Part shown: positions 1-12,862 of the stretch, one piece after another | How positions within the stretch are numbered: position 1 is the stretch's first letter | How the letters are laid out: every line of letters starts with the position of its first letter | From: Octopus vulgaris | Lineage: Eukaryota | Reading direction: 5' to 3' | Assembly: GCA_951406725.2 (NCBI GenBank) | Contig: OX597831.1 | Location: forward strand, 58,714,001 to 58,778,000 | DNA length: 64,000 nt | Made by a program: the position numbers and the translations under genes | Notes under the pieces: model-generated | What the model saw: the letters and a program-made list of their open reading frames with translations, nothing else | The model's database searches: none | What the model was told of the DNA's origin: nothing

Positions 1-140
1 CTTATTTCTACACCTGAGTGAACTGGAGCAACGTGAGGTAAAGTGTTTTGCTCAAGAACACAATGCGCAGCCCGGTCCGAGATTTGAGCTCACAACCTCA
101 CGATCGTAAGCTCGAAGCTCTAACCACTGAGCCATGTGCC
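1..140 (-). mobile_element. SINE family D, tRNA head and central domain, cut by window edge
   Basis: Minus strand reads GGCACATGGCTCAGTGGTTAGAGC (A box)...TGTTCTTGAGCAAAACACTTTA; homologous to 46050-46366. Confidence 0.8.
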
Positions 141-348
141 TTCACAGAATGTTATTAATGCTTACACATACATATGTATGTATGTACGTATTATGTATTT
201 GTGTATGCGATTACGTAACATGACAGCATCCATGATTATATTCACATATCTATCTACCTATTTATCTATCCATCTATTTATGTATCTACCTATCTATATA
301 CATACACAAACACACACATATACACTATATGTATATATATAAATATAC

Positions 349-671
<323 letters not shown>

Positions 672-1259
672 CCATGGATGGAATTTATATATATTTTAAT
701 GCATCGCTACGCGCGTTTCCACGAGTCACATGTTTCTTTCGATCACACTGTATTCCTGGGATAATTACAGTGCAGTCCATAATATCTATGGACATCGAGG
801 GGATCATATTGATGCGTTCCTTTCTTGAGGCGATATGGTATTTACGTTACCATTATTGATCAATGAAAAGTTTGATTGAGGTATGTGGGCAGTTCGGTGT
901 GTATTTGTCGGGGCGGAGAAGAAAGTGTTGGACTGAGAGAAAAGAAATGTAGTTAATTAGGGCAGGGATGTGTGTGAGGATATTAGACTTATTTTGATTT
1001 TTGGATATGCAGATGATAGAAATAAACGTAGATATAAATAGTGAACAGACGGTAAAGAGAGTTAAAACGAAATACAGTAACAAACAAAGGTTACGAACGG
1101 GTCTTTTATGAAATATTTACCGTATTCTTAAAGTCATTTTCACTTTAAAATATTTTTTAAATATACGAAATGATTTTTGTAATTGTATTCACTGGTAAAT
1201 AATTTTAAAAAACATAAAAGTATTTATCTGCTTAAAGAAAGCTAAAATATGAATACTGT

Positions 1260-1656
1260 TTTACTCTTTTACTCTTTTACTTGTTTCATACATTTGACTG
1301 CGGCCATGCTTGAGCACCGCCTTTAGTCGAGCAAATCGACCCCGGGATTTATTCTTTGTAAGCCCAGTACTTATTTTATCGGTCTCTTTTGCCGAACCGC
1401 TAAGTGACAGGGACGTAAACACACCAGCATCGGTTGTCAAGCAATGCTAGGGGGACAAACATAGACACACAAACATACACACATACATATACATATATAC
1501 GACAGGATTCTTTCAGTTTCCGTCTACCAAATCCACTCACAAGGCTTTGGTCAGCCCGAGGCTATAGTAGAAGACACTTACCCAAGATGCCACGCTGTGG
1601 GACTGAACCCGGAACCATGTGGTTGGTAAGCAATTTACTTACTACACAGCCACTCC
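1260..1656 (-). mobile_element. SINE family A (tRNA-like head, CORE-like CTTGGG(C/T)AAGT, internal CA/TA tract, (GTAAAAGA)n tail)
   Basis: Reverse complement of the copy at 5756-6157 over its full length. Confidence 0.9.
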
Positions 1657-3067
1657 TTATTATACAAACAACTTATATTTTTGAAATCAAATTCACATAA
1701 AAATATTTCTTAAGGATTAAAATATTGTGTTTAACAAAATCGAAAATACAAATACGGTAAAAAATCAAATTGTATTTTTTCGTTATCAAGTCACTGTATC
1801 TAATCAAAAAGTAAGAGTTACTTCCCTCTCAGGATTAAGTTAATTTCGGAAACCTTTCGCATTATTTGGGTATTTATATGCCGAAAACCCCTAATGTATC
1901 CACAAACACTGACTCGATTTATGTGAAAGTTGCTTCATTCCGTTCGGATTTGCATCTGAGGGGTTCTTTATTCAGAGTATTTTCCCACTTTGCGCCAGTT
2001 TCGCTGAGGAACATTGCAAGCAAAATTCAATCTGATATTTAATGTATTATAGATATAAAATAAAGGATGTGTGTGTGTGTGTCTGTGTGTAGTACGTTTG
2101 CATTTCTACAGTTTCTAACCGATTTTCACCAAACTTTAAACACACATTACTTATGTGTCATAGATGGTCATGCACTCTAACATTTTTCTCAGAGCTCCCA
2201 CGTAATGCGACCAACCGACCGTAGAAGAAAGTTTTTCACACGGGTTTTTCTCCAAAATACTGCAGTTTTCAACCGATTCTGTCCCTATGACGTCTGCAGT
2301 TTTCAAGCGATCCCCTACCATTTCTCTCTATTTATCTCTTTTTCTTTTCCCCCTTTCACAGACACCTGTTTCTTTCAAACTCTCACTCACTCACTCACTC
2401 ACCAACTCTCTCTCTCTCTCTGAAAATTGACTTCTGTGTATTTCAGTTTTGTCGTGTGTAAACATCTTTGACTTCACGCTCTTTGTACGTTGTCACTACA
2501 ACATTACTTTAAATTTTCTGCACTCCGTCTATTTAAATACATTATTTACATTTCTCCCTCCATCGAAAGCAGTTGTGTAATATTGCTTCACTTTTATTCT
2601 TTCACCTTTGTGTGTGTGCTTGGGCGTTCGATGTGTATGAGATAGCAAAGGACATTTCAAAGCACGACGACGACGGTGTCTCATATATGAGTGTATGTGT
2701 CTCTCGGTGTATGTGTGTGCATGAGTCTGTATGTCTCTATGACTGCGTGTTTCCACGTTAGGTACCTTATTAAACACACAAACATCTACACCGATATACA
2801 TATGTGACGGCTGACATGCGTAAATGTATGTCTGCATGTGTCTCTCTTACAATATGTATGTGTGCGTATCATCACCTTTTTTATATGTGTGTGTATGTGT
2901 CTCTGAGTGTGTGTGTGTCTCTGAGCGTCCGTTACCTACGTTAATAAACATACACATACATCTGCACAAACTGCTATTAAACACACACATACATCTACAA
3001 AATTGTTGACAAAAAAGCAATTTCTTGGAAGGTCCAAGTTATATAAAATTACGTTATACAAAATTGA

Positions 3068-3298
3068 AGGCGGCGAGCTGGCAGAACAGTTAGCACGCCG
3101 GGCGAAATGCGTAGCCGTATTTTGTTTGCCGTTGCGTTCTGATTTCAAATTCCGCCGAGGTCGACTTTGCCTTACATCCTTTCGGGGTCGATAAATTAAG
3201 TATCAGTTACGCACTGGGGTCGATGTAATCAACTTAATTCGTTTGTCTGCCCTTGTTTGTTCCCTCTATGTTTAGTCCCTTGTGGGTAATAAAGAAAC
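3068..3298 (+). mobile_element. SINE family B (GGCGGCGAGCTGGCAGAA head, Deu/Nin-like central domain, AATAAAGAAA tail)
   Basis: GCCTTACATCCTTTCGGGGTCGATAAATTAAGTA resembles the Deu/Nin SINE domain; matches 26292-26516 and 40682-41070. Confidence 0.88.
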
Positions 3299-3585
3299 AT
3301 ATATAAAATTACACATCTGCAGTTCCATTAACAGTTGATAATCATCGCAGCAGTTGCAAGGTTGCATGGTATTAATAATTATTTTAGGTAAATTTATACT
3401 GCACACAACAATATAGGCATGCTACATATATACAACTGCTCACAGAAATAGAGATAAATGTATATTTTTGCTATGTACATAAAGTTTTGTTTAAAATATT
3501 GAAAAAGAATACGCCACCAAAGGAAACACGTAATCTCAGGATTAAGTATGAGATTTCATGGTCGATTATAAAATATGCAACACAC

Positions 3586-3748
3586 AGGCGCAGGAGTGGC
3601 TATGTGGTAAGTAGCTTGCTAACCAGCCACATGGTTCCGGGTTCAGTACCACTGCGTGGCATCTTGGGCAAGTGTCTTCTACTATAGCCTCGGGCCGACC
3701 AAAGCCTTGTGAGTAGATTTGGTAGACGGAAACTGAAAGAGGCCTGCC

Positions 3749-3750
<2 letters not shown>
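3586..3750 (+). mobile_element. SINE family A, 5' half (3' half at 4689-4881)
   Basis: Head matches 5756-5915 and ends in (TA)n. Confidence 0.88.
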
Positions 3751-3814
<64 letters not shown>

Positions 3815-3817
<3 letters not shown>

Positions 3818-4326
3818 GGTATGTAGAAAAATACAACATGGACAAGAACGTATAACTCTTAGAAGACGATACAATAAACACGGACAGGACATTCGAAACC
3901 CTCAGTCTTCAGTCAAGAACCGGATCATCGTAGTAATTTCGGCTGATTAATCTTGAGATTACTAGATCACAGCCAGCCCTCCAAGAAAAACTAAGCAACG
4001 AGCATTAGAAAAACTAAGCTGGAAGCGTAGATTTCCTGGAAGAAGGATCGAATGCATACGAACACCAGGACAGCAAAAGGGACAGATATAAAAAACAATA
4101 ATGGAATACAGAAACATGAAATACAGAAGCATTAACGGTGAAAACAACAAGTGTCTTACGACTGATAACAAGCAAACAAATTTTTTCTCTGGCGCATTGG
4201 AAGGAGCCTTTATAGCGGCGGACGAAAAACAACGATGTTAACGTGACGATGGTCAGAAGCTGAAAGGCAGATTTCAGCCAGCAGTCACGTGACAGAGAAG
4301 AGAGAAAAGAAAGAAAGAGAAGCAAA

Positions 4327-4360
<34 letters not shown>

Positions 4361-4670
4361 GGACAAACGCAACAAAGAGAGAGAAGAGAGAGAAAGAAGG
4401 AATCAGAGAGGAGAAGGGATGGGTGTCGAAGATTGACCTGTGAGTGCAGAGCGAGACAAAGAATTAGGAAGGTAGTGGAAGATTAGACCAAAGAATCAGA
4501 GGAAAGAGAAGAGAAAAAGAGGATGAGTAGAGAGAAAAGAGAGGAGAGAGAAGAGAGAGAGAAGGGGACAGATCAAGTAAAAATGAGAGAGAGAGAGAGA
4601 CAAACAGAGAGTCGTACCAATTATTAAGAATATGTGCTCACATTAAAGTTAAGAGGGTACGGGGCGCCTG
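3815..4670 (-). mobile_element. Non-coding insert, probably PLE-derived, with GA-rich tract, inside the (TA)n of a family A SINE
   Basis: Bounded by TA runs between the two SINE halves; carries the permuted HHR at 3902-3964; similar layout to 53730-54450. Confidence 0.55.
3902..3964 (-). ncRNA. Non-circularly permuted hammerhead ribozyme candidate 1
   Basis: Minus strand: UAGUAA-UC-UCAAGA uuaa UCAG-cc-GAAA-UUACUA cgaugauccggu UCUUGA-CUGAAGA-CUGA. Stems III (6 bp), I (6 bp) and II (4 bp, two unpaired C) pair. Confidence 0.7.
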
Positions 4671-4688
4671 GAATATATATATATATAT

Positions 4689-4881
4689 GTGTGTGTGTTT
4701 GTGTGTCTGTGTTTGTCCCCCTAGCATGACAACCGATGCTGGTGTGTTTACGTCCCCGTCACTTAGCGGTTCAGCAAAAGAGACCGATAGAATAAGTCCC
4801 AGGGTCGATTTGCTCGACTAAAGGCGGTGCTCCTGCATGGCCGCAGTCAATTGACTGAAACAAGTAAAAGAGTAAAAGAGT
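4689..4881 (+). mobile_element. SINE family A, 3' half
   Basis: Matches 5940-6157, including the GACTGAAACAAGTAAAAGAGTAAAAG tail. Confidence 0.88.
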
Positions 4882-5109
4882 ACACATCTAGAACCTGTGG
4901 CTCATTCTCTGAAGAATCTCTATCCCTCTTGCTTACTAGGGAAGAAGCCATTAATTAATTAACTGAATGCATTACACGTTGTTTATATGCCATAAAAGTC
5001 ACCTTCAAATATTACCACCTTGTAAACACAGCATCGAACTGCCATATTCCACTTTGAACAGTGAACATCATGCTATATTACATACGTTGCTATTTGCCCG
5101 TCGACAGGA

Positions 5110-5732
5110 GTGTGGGCATTTGTGTATGTGCTGTTTATTGGGCTGTGCCTGCATGTGTGTCTGAGTAGTGTTTTGAGTGTGTGCATGTAAGCACAAACTT
5201 GTTTCTATATGCCTGTGTATGTGTATAAGTGCTGAGTGGAAGTCTCTAGTGTGTACTGGTGTGTACATGAACATATCAGTGTACAAATATGTGTGTATGT
5301 ATAAATATGTGGGTGTATAAGTGTAGTTGCCTGCAGACATGTGTGACTATGGGTATTAATGTACATATGGATGTGTATGTTCTGTGATGGGCATGTGTGT
5401 GTGTGTGAATCAGTGAGCATTACGTGCAGGTGTGTGTGAGGCTTGTGCGAGTTTGTATGGGGCTGTATCTGTGTGAGTGCATGCGTGTGCTGTATGGAGG
5501 TAGTGTTGATATGATCTCTGTATGTGTCTGGGTGGGTGAATTTTTTTGTCCTGAGGGATGAATCCGTGCGTGTAGGTGTGTATTAGGTGTGTGCATGTGT
5601 GATTGACCGACATACATATGAGTGTGGGGAATCTGTGAACATTATGTAAAGATGGGAGTGTGCACGTCTGTGTGCGTGTGTATGTTGCAGTACCTGTGTG
5701 AGTGTGTGTGCTCTATGTGTGTATATATATAT
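5110..5732. repeat. Degenerate TG-rich low-complexity tract
   Basis: Interrupted (TG)n; source of the His/Thr-rich ORFs. Confidence 0.8.
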
Positions 5733-5755
5733 AGACGTACTACATATAAACAACT

Positions 5756-6157
5756 GGAGCAGGAATGGCTGTGTGGTAGGTAGCTTGCTTACCAACCACA
5801 TGGTTCCGGGTTCTGTCCTACTGCGTGGCACCTTGGGCAAGTGTCTTCTACTATAGCCTAAGGTCGACCAAAGCCTTGTGAGTGGATTTGGTAGCCGGAA
5901 ACTGAAAGAATCCCTCGTATATATGTATATGTATATATGTGTGTGTTTGTCTGTGTTTGTTCCCCAAAACATCGCTTGACAACCGTTGTTGGTATGTTGA
6001 CGTCCCCGTAACTTAGCGGTTCGGCACAAGAGGCCGATAGAATAAATACTAGGCTCACAAAGAATAAGTACTAGTGTCGATTTGCTCGACTAAAGGCGGT
6101 GCTCCAGCATGGCCGCAGTCAAATGACTGAAAGAAGTAAAAGAGTAAAAGAGTAAAA
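5756..6157 (+). mobile_element. SINE family A, full length
   Basis: TGGCTGTGTGGTAGG...GGTTCCGGGTTC head, CACCTTGGGCAAGT core, TA/TG tract, repeated GTAAAAGA tail. Confidence 0.92.
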
Positions 6158-6934
6158 GGGAATATATATTAAAGATAATAAGAGAAGATGGAATGTAACG
6201 ACAAAGTCATTTATATTACCACAACAATTATTTCATCTTCAAGATACGACTCACAGTGTATAGAAGACTCCTGAGATAAGATAACTAGGTTTTAAGCCGG
6301 GAGATTTAAGATTTATTTTCGGTGGGCGCAAAAATAGCAGTAGATGAGGATGGCAATTTTTCGAAATAATATGTCTATATAACATGTCTGTCTGCTGTGG
6401 GAGTTTACGTACACCTATCAAAGATTTTAAAAATTGTAGTAATAATCCTGAAATCCGAAAATATATCACCAGTTCCCTTATTATTCTCAGTTCAGTAATT
6501 TCGGTTTCGCCTCATTATTACATTTCCATGTCGCAATATATGACTTTTGCAACGTTATTTTTCTATCTCTCCTTTACAACGGACATCTTCAATGCAGGCG
6601 AAATATTTATTATTAATCGAAGTAGTCGTAATCTATGAAGCTGGATGTATTATAAATCTGAATATGTGATTTTTATTGATCCCACGAGTCTTCCTGAGAA
6701 ACGCTTTGCCATTGGTTTCTTGGTTTAAATAATTTTTTTTATTTGTGGAGTCGATTTACTATGTTATGTTTCTGAAATATTGTTTACCTGGCACAGTGTA
6801 ATAAACAACGTAGATCCCAACGATTTTGAGCAGGGTGTTTAACAAAAGGAGACCAGTACATGCTAACGTGTTGAAAATGCAGAACAATGCATTTTCTATC
6901 TTCTCTCACTTCTTGCTGCTATGTCTTCAATAAC

Positions 6935-7205
<271 letters not shown>

Positions 7206-7598
7206 GGCAGTGTGAAGTTTCTATGACATTATAAAGAGAAATATATCATTACAGCTGTTTCGGGGATATAAAACATATCCCATCGTCAGAGACGATTTGA
7301 GGGTGTTAACTGGGAAATAGTATTTCCTTAACTCTCGTATCGTCTCTGGTGCTGTGATAACTGGTAAATCCCTGAAACAGCTGTAAGGCTATCTTTCGCT
7401 TAATAAATATCCTAGAAATTTCACGCTCCGTTGGCTTTGTTGTCTCATTTTATTTAACATATACAGGTTCACAAACGACCCGCATTAGAATCTTCACCCG
7501 GACAATTATCGAACCGGGTGTCTAATAGCGGTCTTTCCGTCTTTCCGTAGCAATAATATAGACTTACCTGCCTTTTGGAACTTCTGGATACCAAACCA

Positions 7599-7600
<2 letters not shown>
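7206..7600. mobile_element. Fold-back element, probably PLE-derived, with an HHR-like motif on each arm
   Basis: 7212-7296 is an inverted copy of 7340-7425; the left arm recurs at 9272-9363. Confidence 0.7.
7246..7293 (-). ncRNA. Minimal type I hammerhead, stem I damaged
   Basis: GUCU-CUGACGA-U-GGGAUAU(GUUUU)AUAUCCC-C-GAAA-CAGCUG-UA-AUGA. Confidence 0.6.
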
Positions 7601-7602
<2 letters not shown>

Positions 7603-7671
<69 letters not shown>

Positions 7672-7858
7672 CGTATATATATACACATATAGATATATGT
7701 ATATATATATATATACATATATATACACATATATTTATGTATGCATCAATATATATATATATGTATATATATATGTATGTATATATATATACACACATAT
7801 AGATACATGCATTTATATATATATATACATATATATACACATATTTATATATGCATGC

Positions 7859-7909
<51 letters not shown>

Positions 7910-8001
7910 TTTATGTATGCATGCATATGTGTATGTATGTATATATACATACATATACATACACATATATTTATGTATGTATGCATATATATATATGTAT
8001 G

Positions 8002-8060
<59 letters not shown>

Positions 8061-8110
8061 GTAAACATATATATATATACATATATATATATATAAATAT
8101 ATATATATGT

Positions 8111-8147
<37 letters not shown>

Positions 8148-8152
8148 TATAT
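7603..8152. repeat. Long degenerate (TA)n/(TATG)n microsatellite
   Basis: Direct reading. Confidence 0.97.
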
Positions 8153-8596
8153 GGCAGGTGTTAGGGATCCGAATAAACTATACAATAAATGGTCTATGGA
8201 ATGTTATGCTTCAGCGTTTTACATTATGAGAAGTTATTTTAGAGGATGATTAATAGTTCCTCAAGGCTATTATGCATGTAAAAGAAAAGGAATTGTTACA
8301 TGGCCGATTAGAAATTGAAATTGTACAATATCGAAAATTGTACAAGATGGAAAAAAATGAGATGAAAAGTATTTATCTGTCAGTAGAAATTCGCGAATAA
8401 TCTCAAACAGAAAACATTTCCTTTATTTTATGTGACTATATATTTGTTTCAGAAAATTCTCTTGATATTTATTCCATTGACGTGTTCGCTGTTTCTATAA
8501 TCAGTAAAAAAAGAAACAAACTAATTACTGTTTGAAACATTTCCGTTGATGAGTGAATAACCCTCATGATAAGATTAATGTATTTTTCCATATACT

Positions 8597-9014
8597 CCTT
8601 ACTCTCTTTTATTCTTTTACTTATTTCAGTCATTTGACTGTGGCCATGCTGGAGCACCACCTTTAGTCGAGCAAATCGACCTCAGGACTTAATTTTTTGT
8701 AAGCGTAGTACTTATTCTATCGGTCTCTTTTGCCGAACCGCTAAGTGACGCGGACGTAAACACACCAGCATCGGTTGTCAAGCGATGTTGGGAGGACAAA
8801 CACAGACACACAAACACATATACACACACATACTTATACATACATATATACGACGGGCTTCTTTCTGGTTCCGTCTACCAAATCCACTCACAATGCTTTG
8901 GTCGGCCCGAGACTATAGTAGAAGACACTTGCCCGAGGTGCCACGTAGTGGGACTGAACCGTGAACCATGTGGTTGGTAAGCAAGCTACTTACCACACAG
9001 CCACTCCTACGCCT
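8597..9014 (-). mobile_element. SINE family A, full length
   Basis: Reverse complement of 5756-6157. Confidence 0.92.
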
Positions 9015-9312
9015 ACGTATTTATGTTTATACTCGAAAAAGTACTATTTCATATCTATGAAATAGTCACAAGTTAAACAATTTTCGTTTATAAATTTTGA
9101 AGACGAGCCATCACTTGGGTTTGGAAGAAAGTAATAGACAAAAGTATGGAAGGTTCTAACAAGAACCTGTGTACTGAATTAATTTTACCAGCTGTTACCT
9201 AATTTACATAGAAATCAGTTGTGAAATCATCACACACTTTTAGTTTTATATATATATATATATATATGTATAGGCAGTGTGAAGTTTCTAGGACATTATA
9301 AAGAGAAAGATA

Positions 9313-9360
9313 GCCTTACAGCTGTTTCGGGGATATAAAATATATCCCATCATCAGAGAC
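9313..9360 (-). ncRNA. Minimal type I hammerhead ribozyme, intact core
   Basis: GUCU-CUGAUGA-U-GGGAUAU(AUUUU)AUAUCCC-C-GAAA-CAGCUG-UA-AGGC; stem I GUCU/AGGC, palindromic stem III CAGCUG, GUA cleavage triplet. Confidence 0.8.
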
Positions 9361-12300
9361 GATATATTTTTATCGCTTAGAGTGAACTTGATTTACATTT
9401 AATAATTGTTTCCATTTTGTTGGATCAGCTCAGCATAAATTTGCCGTTACAAACGCAACCCAAAGCTAATCACTTTTTATGAATCATGTGTACTTGGTCA
9501 TTTTGAATGACATATGATGAATGTCGATAGCCTAGTAGTTCAGTGTGGAAAGAAATATAAAGTAAAAATACGTCATTTATTCCTTAAGTTAAAATAAGAT
9601 GGTACACATTTATGAAATGGTAGCTTATCAGGGAACGTAGAAAGGTTATCTTTCTCTGTTGTGTGTTATAGAATTTCGCTATGTCTTATGTTTACGCTGA
9701 GGTAATGAAATGAAATAATAAATCATAGCAACCATCTCCGTGCAATACATTTAAATTTTCAAACATGAAACATGCTCGATGCTTTACAGTGATGGGCTAT
9801 TGTCAGATCTAACAAAGAAAAATAGTTACTGAGCTTAACTTGTCCGTCCGTCTTAATCATTCCCTCAATAGATTACATCTGCAGGGAATGCATTCAATTT
9901 CAGATAACTTCCTTGAACATACAGAAGATTTATCCGTATCAAAAATTACAGCATTACAATTTCGTTTCCTGCGAAAATTGAAAGATTAATCCAGGAGGAA
10001 ACACGTTAAATGAATATAAATGAAAACAGAAAATCCAAAATGTATACCTAAGTTTTAAAGTTTCAGTGTCGTAGATTTTACTTCATTTAGATATTGTTAA
10101 AAGCATTGCATTTTCTATTTCTGGACATGAAGTAAGCTGAATATAACTTAACTTCAGTTATATTATAATATATGTAGAAGAGATTTTATGAGACGTGGAA
10201 TGATTATCAGATAATGGGTAAGATATTCTACACAGGAAATCTCACGTTCTCTTATTTTCTATAGCAACCCTTAATATATGTTATTAATCAGTTGACATGG
10301 ATGATATTTGTCTTTTGTGAAGTCCATAGAAAAAATTTGGTTTATCGTATGCGTATTGTTATTCTTATCATTGCCCTGTCATGAGCCGCTGGATAATGTT
10401 AACTGTAATCATACTCTATGTATATAATAAGATATCTTTGTTAATCCTATGTGACTTGGTAAAGTAGAAATTATATCAGTTTTTATTTGTATAGTAAATG
10501 ATAAGTAACAGCTGACCGATTTCAACTAGGATGAATTTATTTACATTTATGTATATTTTCACCGACTGTGAAGTGTTCAACATTATTCTATCAACCTAAC
10601 ATATATGTAAGAAAGGGGCTATATTAAACTGAAGAGTAGAAATAAGTTGCAGTAATATACTACATGTAATTCCAAGTTTGTAACCTTGACAGCAATATAA
10701 ATGTAAATTAATCGTAGCACACCAGGAGTACAACCATAATTTGCCTCCAATTGCAGGTATGCACGTACTAACATCTTTATCAGAAATATTAAATATCACT
10801 TAAATTCCATTTATTAAAAACTTATCAGGTCAGTACCTAAAGCAGTGTTTATATTTTAAATAAGATGAATTTCCTCTACTTTTTCTCAGTTCCACACCAT
10901 TGCAACTTACATCATTTACTTATTTGAAGCGTCTGATATGAGAAAGTGCCAAGCTTATATTACCAACCCTGAAATGAAAAGGACCATCCATCATAAACTC
11001 AACATACATCTTGAGGATTTTCTATGGGTAAGCTGGAAACAGTCATAAAATCGTTGAAGAGCTGAAAGGCAGTTAGTTTGGAGAAAATCCCAGCTCATGA
11101 TTTTCTTTGTCTATTATATAATGCTACTGTGGTAAGGCAATCCATTCGATATTTTCTGAACACTTCCAAAATTCAAAGACGCGCGGACATTAAATGACTC
11201 CGAAATTGCCTTTGAGAAATTGACGGTAAAACTGCTTTTAGATTCATAGATAAATTACTTCTGAAAGAATACATAAGTTGCTTCTGTTTCTTGATTCAGC
11301 TATTTTGCAGATCATATGGCTAACCTCAAACTGTACAAACGGACGTGGGAATTGCTCAGAGTATATACGCCGACAGCTTATGGAAATATTCTTAGAAGAG
11401 AGTTGGTTAGATGTTGCAAATTATATCTGTGCGAAATTTTGTTAACGTTGGATGCACTTCACTAATAATTCTAATTAGTATCAACACTTTTCATGTATAG
11501 AACTGCCAAGTAGTGAGGGAATGTTGTTTCACTCAACATAATTACAACCACACATTTCAAAATATTGTTCAACTCGATAACATAACAATATGTAAAGAGA
11601 AGCCTAAAATAAATATTATTGTGTGTAATTTCATTTCCTTGGGAAAAAACGTCTGTTTCGCACGTTGTATAATTACTTCAAATGAAATATTTTTCTAAGC
11701 AATAATTTTTTTTTTCAATAAGTTTGGTTTTAATCAATAAGCTTTGTTTAAGCATATGCTTATACAATATCCTTAGTGTTTTATTCTTTTTTTTAAGCGA
11801 TAAAGAGAATAAGTTTAAAACAAACTACTATAGTCTATTGATCTTCGACTTGAAAAGGTTGTAACCCCATGCAAAATGTCAGTTACCTCAGAGTAGGAGT
11901 AATATCTATAACTTGGATTTTACATAAATTCAGCTAGAAAAAAAAAAACAAACTATTCCCATAGTTTTAGAGGAAGGATAGGAAGTGTTTCAAATTCAAC
12001 TGCGAATATTCGTAACCTTATACCAGTTCAGTTTGTAAAGTAACTGTACATCCCTCCAGTTACAAAAGGAACACTAAACATTGACCCCACCCGCTTCCAT
12101 ACAGAGTCAATGCAATGCAGATTACGAGACAAACGACCAGGGAATGTATCTCTCACTTTGTTTCGTCTCCATTTCGGAAACGCTATTTCTTTTACACAAT
12201 TTAAAGCCTTTGAAAAAGATATGAGACATCTTGTCTTAAACTCTGTTACTGTATCTTAAATAAACATATTATTGGTTAAATATTGATATTTGTCATTCAT

Positions 12301-12394
12301 GTATTTATATCATAGTATCCGTTTTTATCATTGTTAATGCAAGTTAACGAGGTGATCTGGCAGATTCATTAGCGCGTGTATATATATATCACGT

Positions 12395-12778
12395 GATGTT
12401 GCTACACATCACTGGTCACAATGCGTTTCGCATTGTTTTAGTCTTCAAATGACGCCACCCCGCTGGCTAACCGAGCAGGCCAAGAGAAGAAAGAGTGAGA
12501 GAAAGTTGTGGCGAAAGAGTACAGCAGAGATCGCCACCACCCCTACCAGAACCGCGTGGAACTTTAGGTGTTTTCGCTCAATAAACACTCACAACGTCCG
12601 GTCTAGGAATCGAAACCGCGATCCTACATCCTATTTCTGTATTACCCACAAGGGGCTAAACATAGAGGGCACAAAGAGGGACAGACATAGGTATTAAGTC
12701 GATTACATCGACCCCAGTGCGTAACTGATCCTACAACCACAGTCCGCTGCCATAACCACTGGGCCATTGCGCCTCCAC
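12395..12778 (-). mobile_element. SINE family C (tRNA-derived head GTGGAGGCGCAATGGCCCAGTGGTTA), interrupted by a family B fragment
   Basis: Matches 37880-38192; insert 12629-12726 is flanked by GATCCTACA repeats. Confidence 0.88.
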
Positions 12779-12793
12779 ACACACATTCACACA

Positions 12794-12862
<69 letters not shown>

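Noticed and set aside
1434-1700. Recurrent ORF SFSFRLPNPLTRLWSARGYSRRHLPK, looking like a gene family
   Set aside because: Antisense reading of SINE family A.
7506-8185. Long YI/IY-rich ORFs, and similar ones at 31157, 34810, 39282, 42925, 47337, 57904 and 61080
   Set aside because: Translations of microsatellites that lack stop codons.
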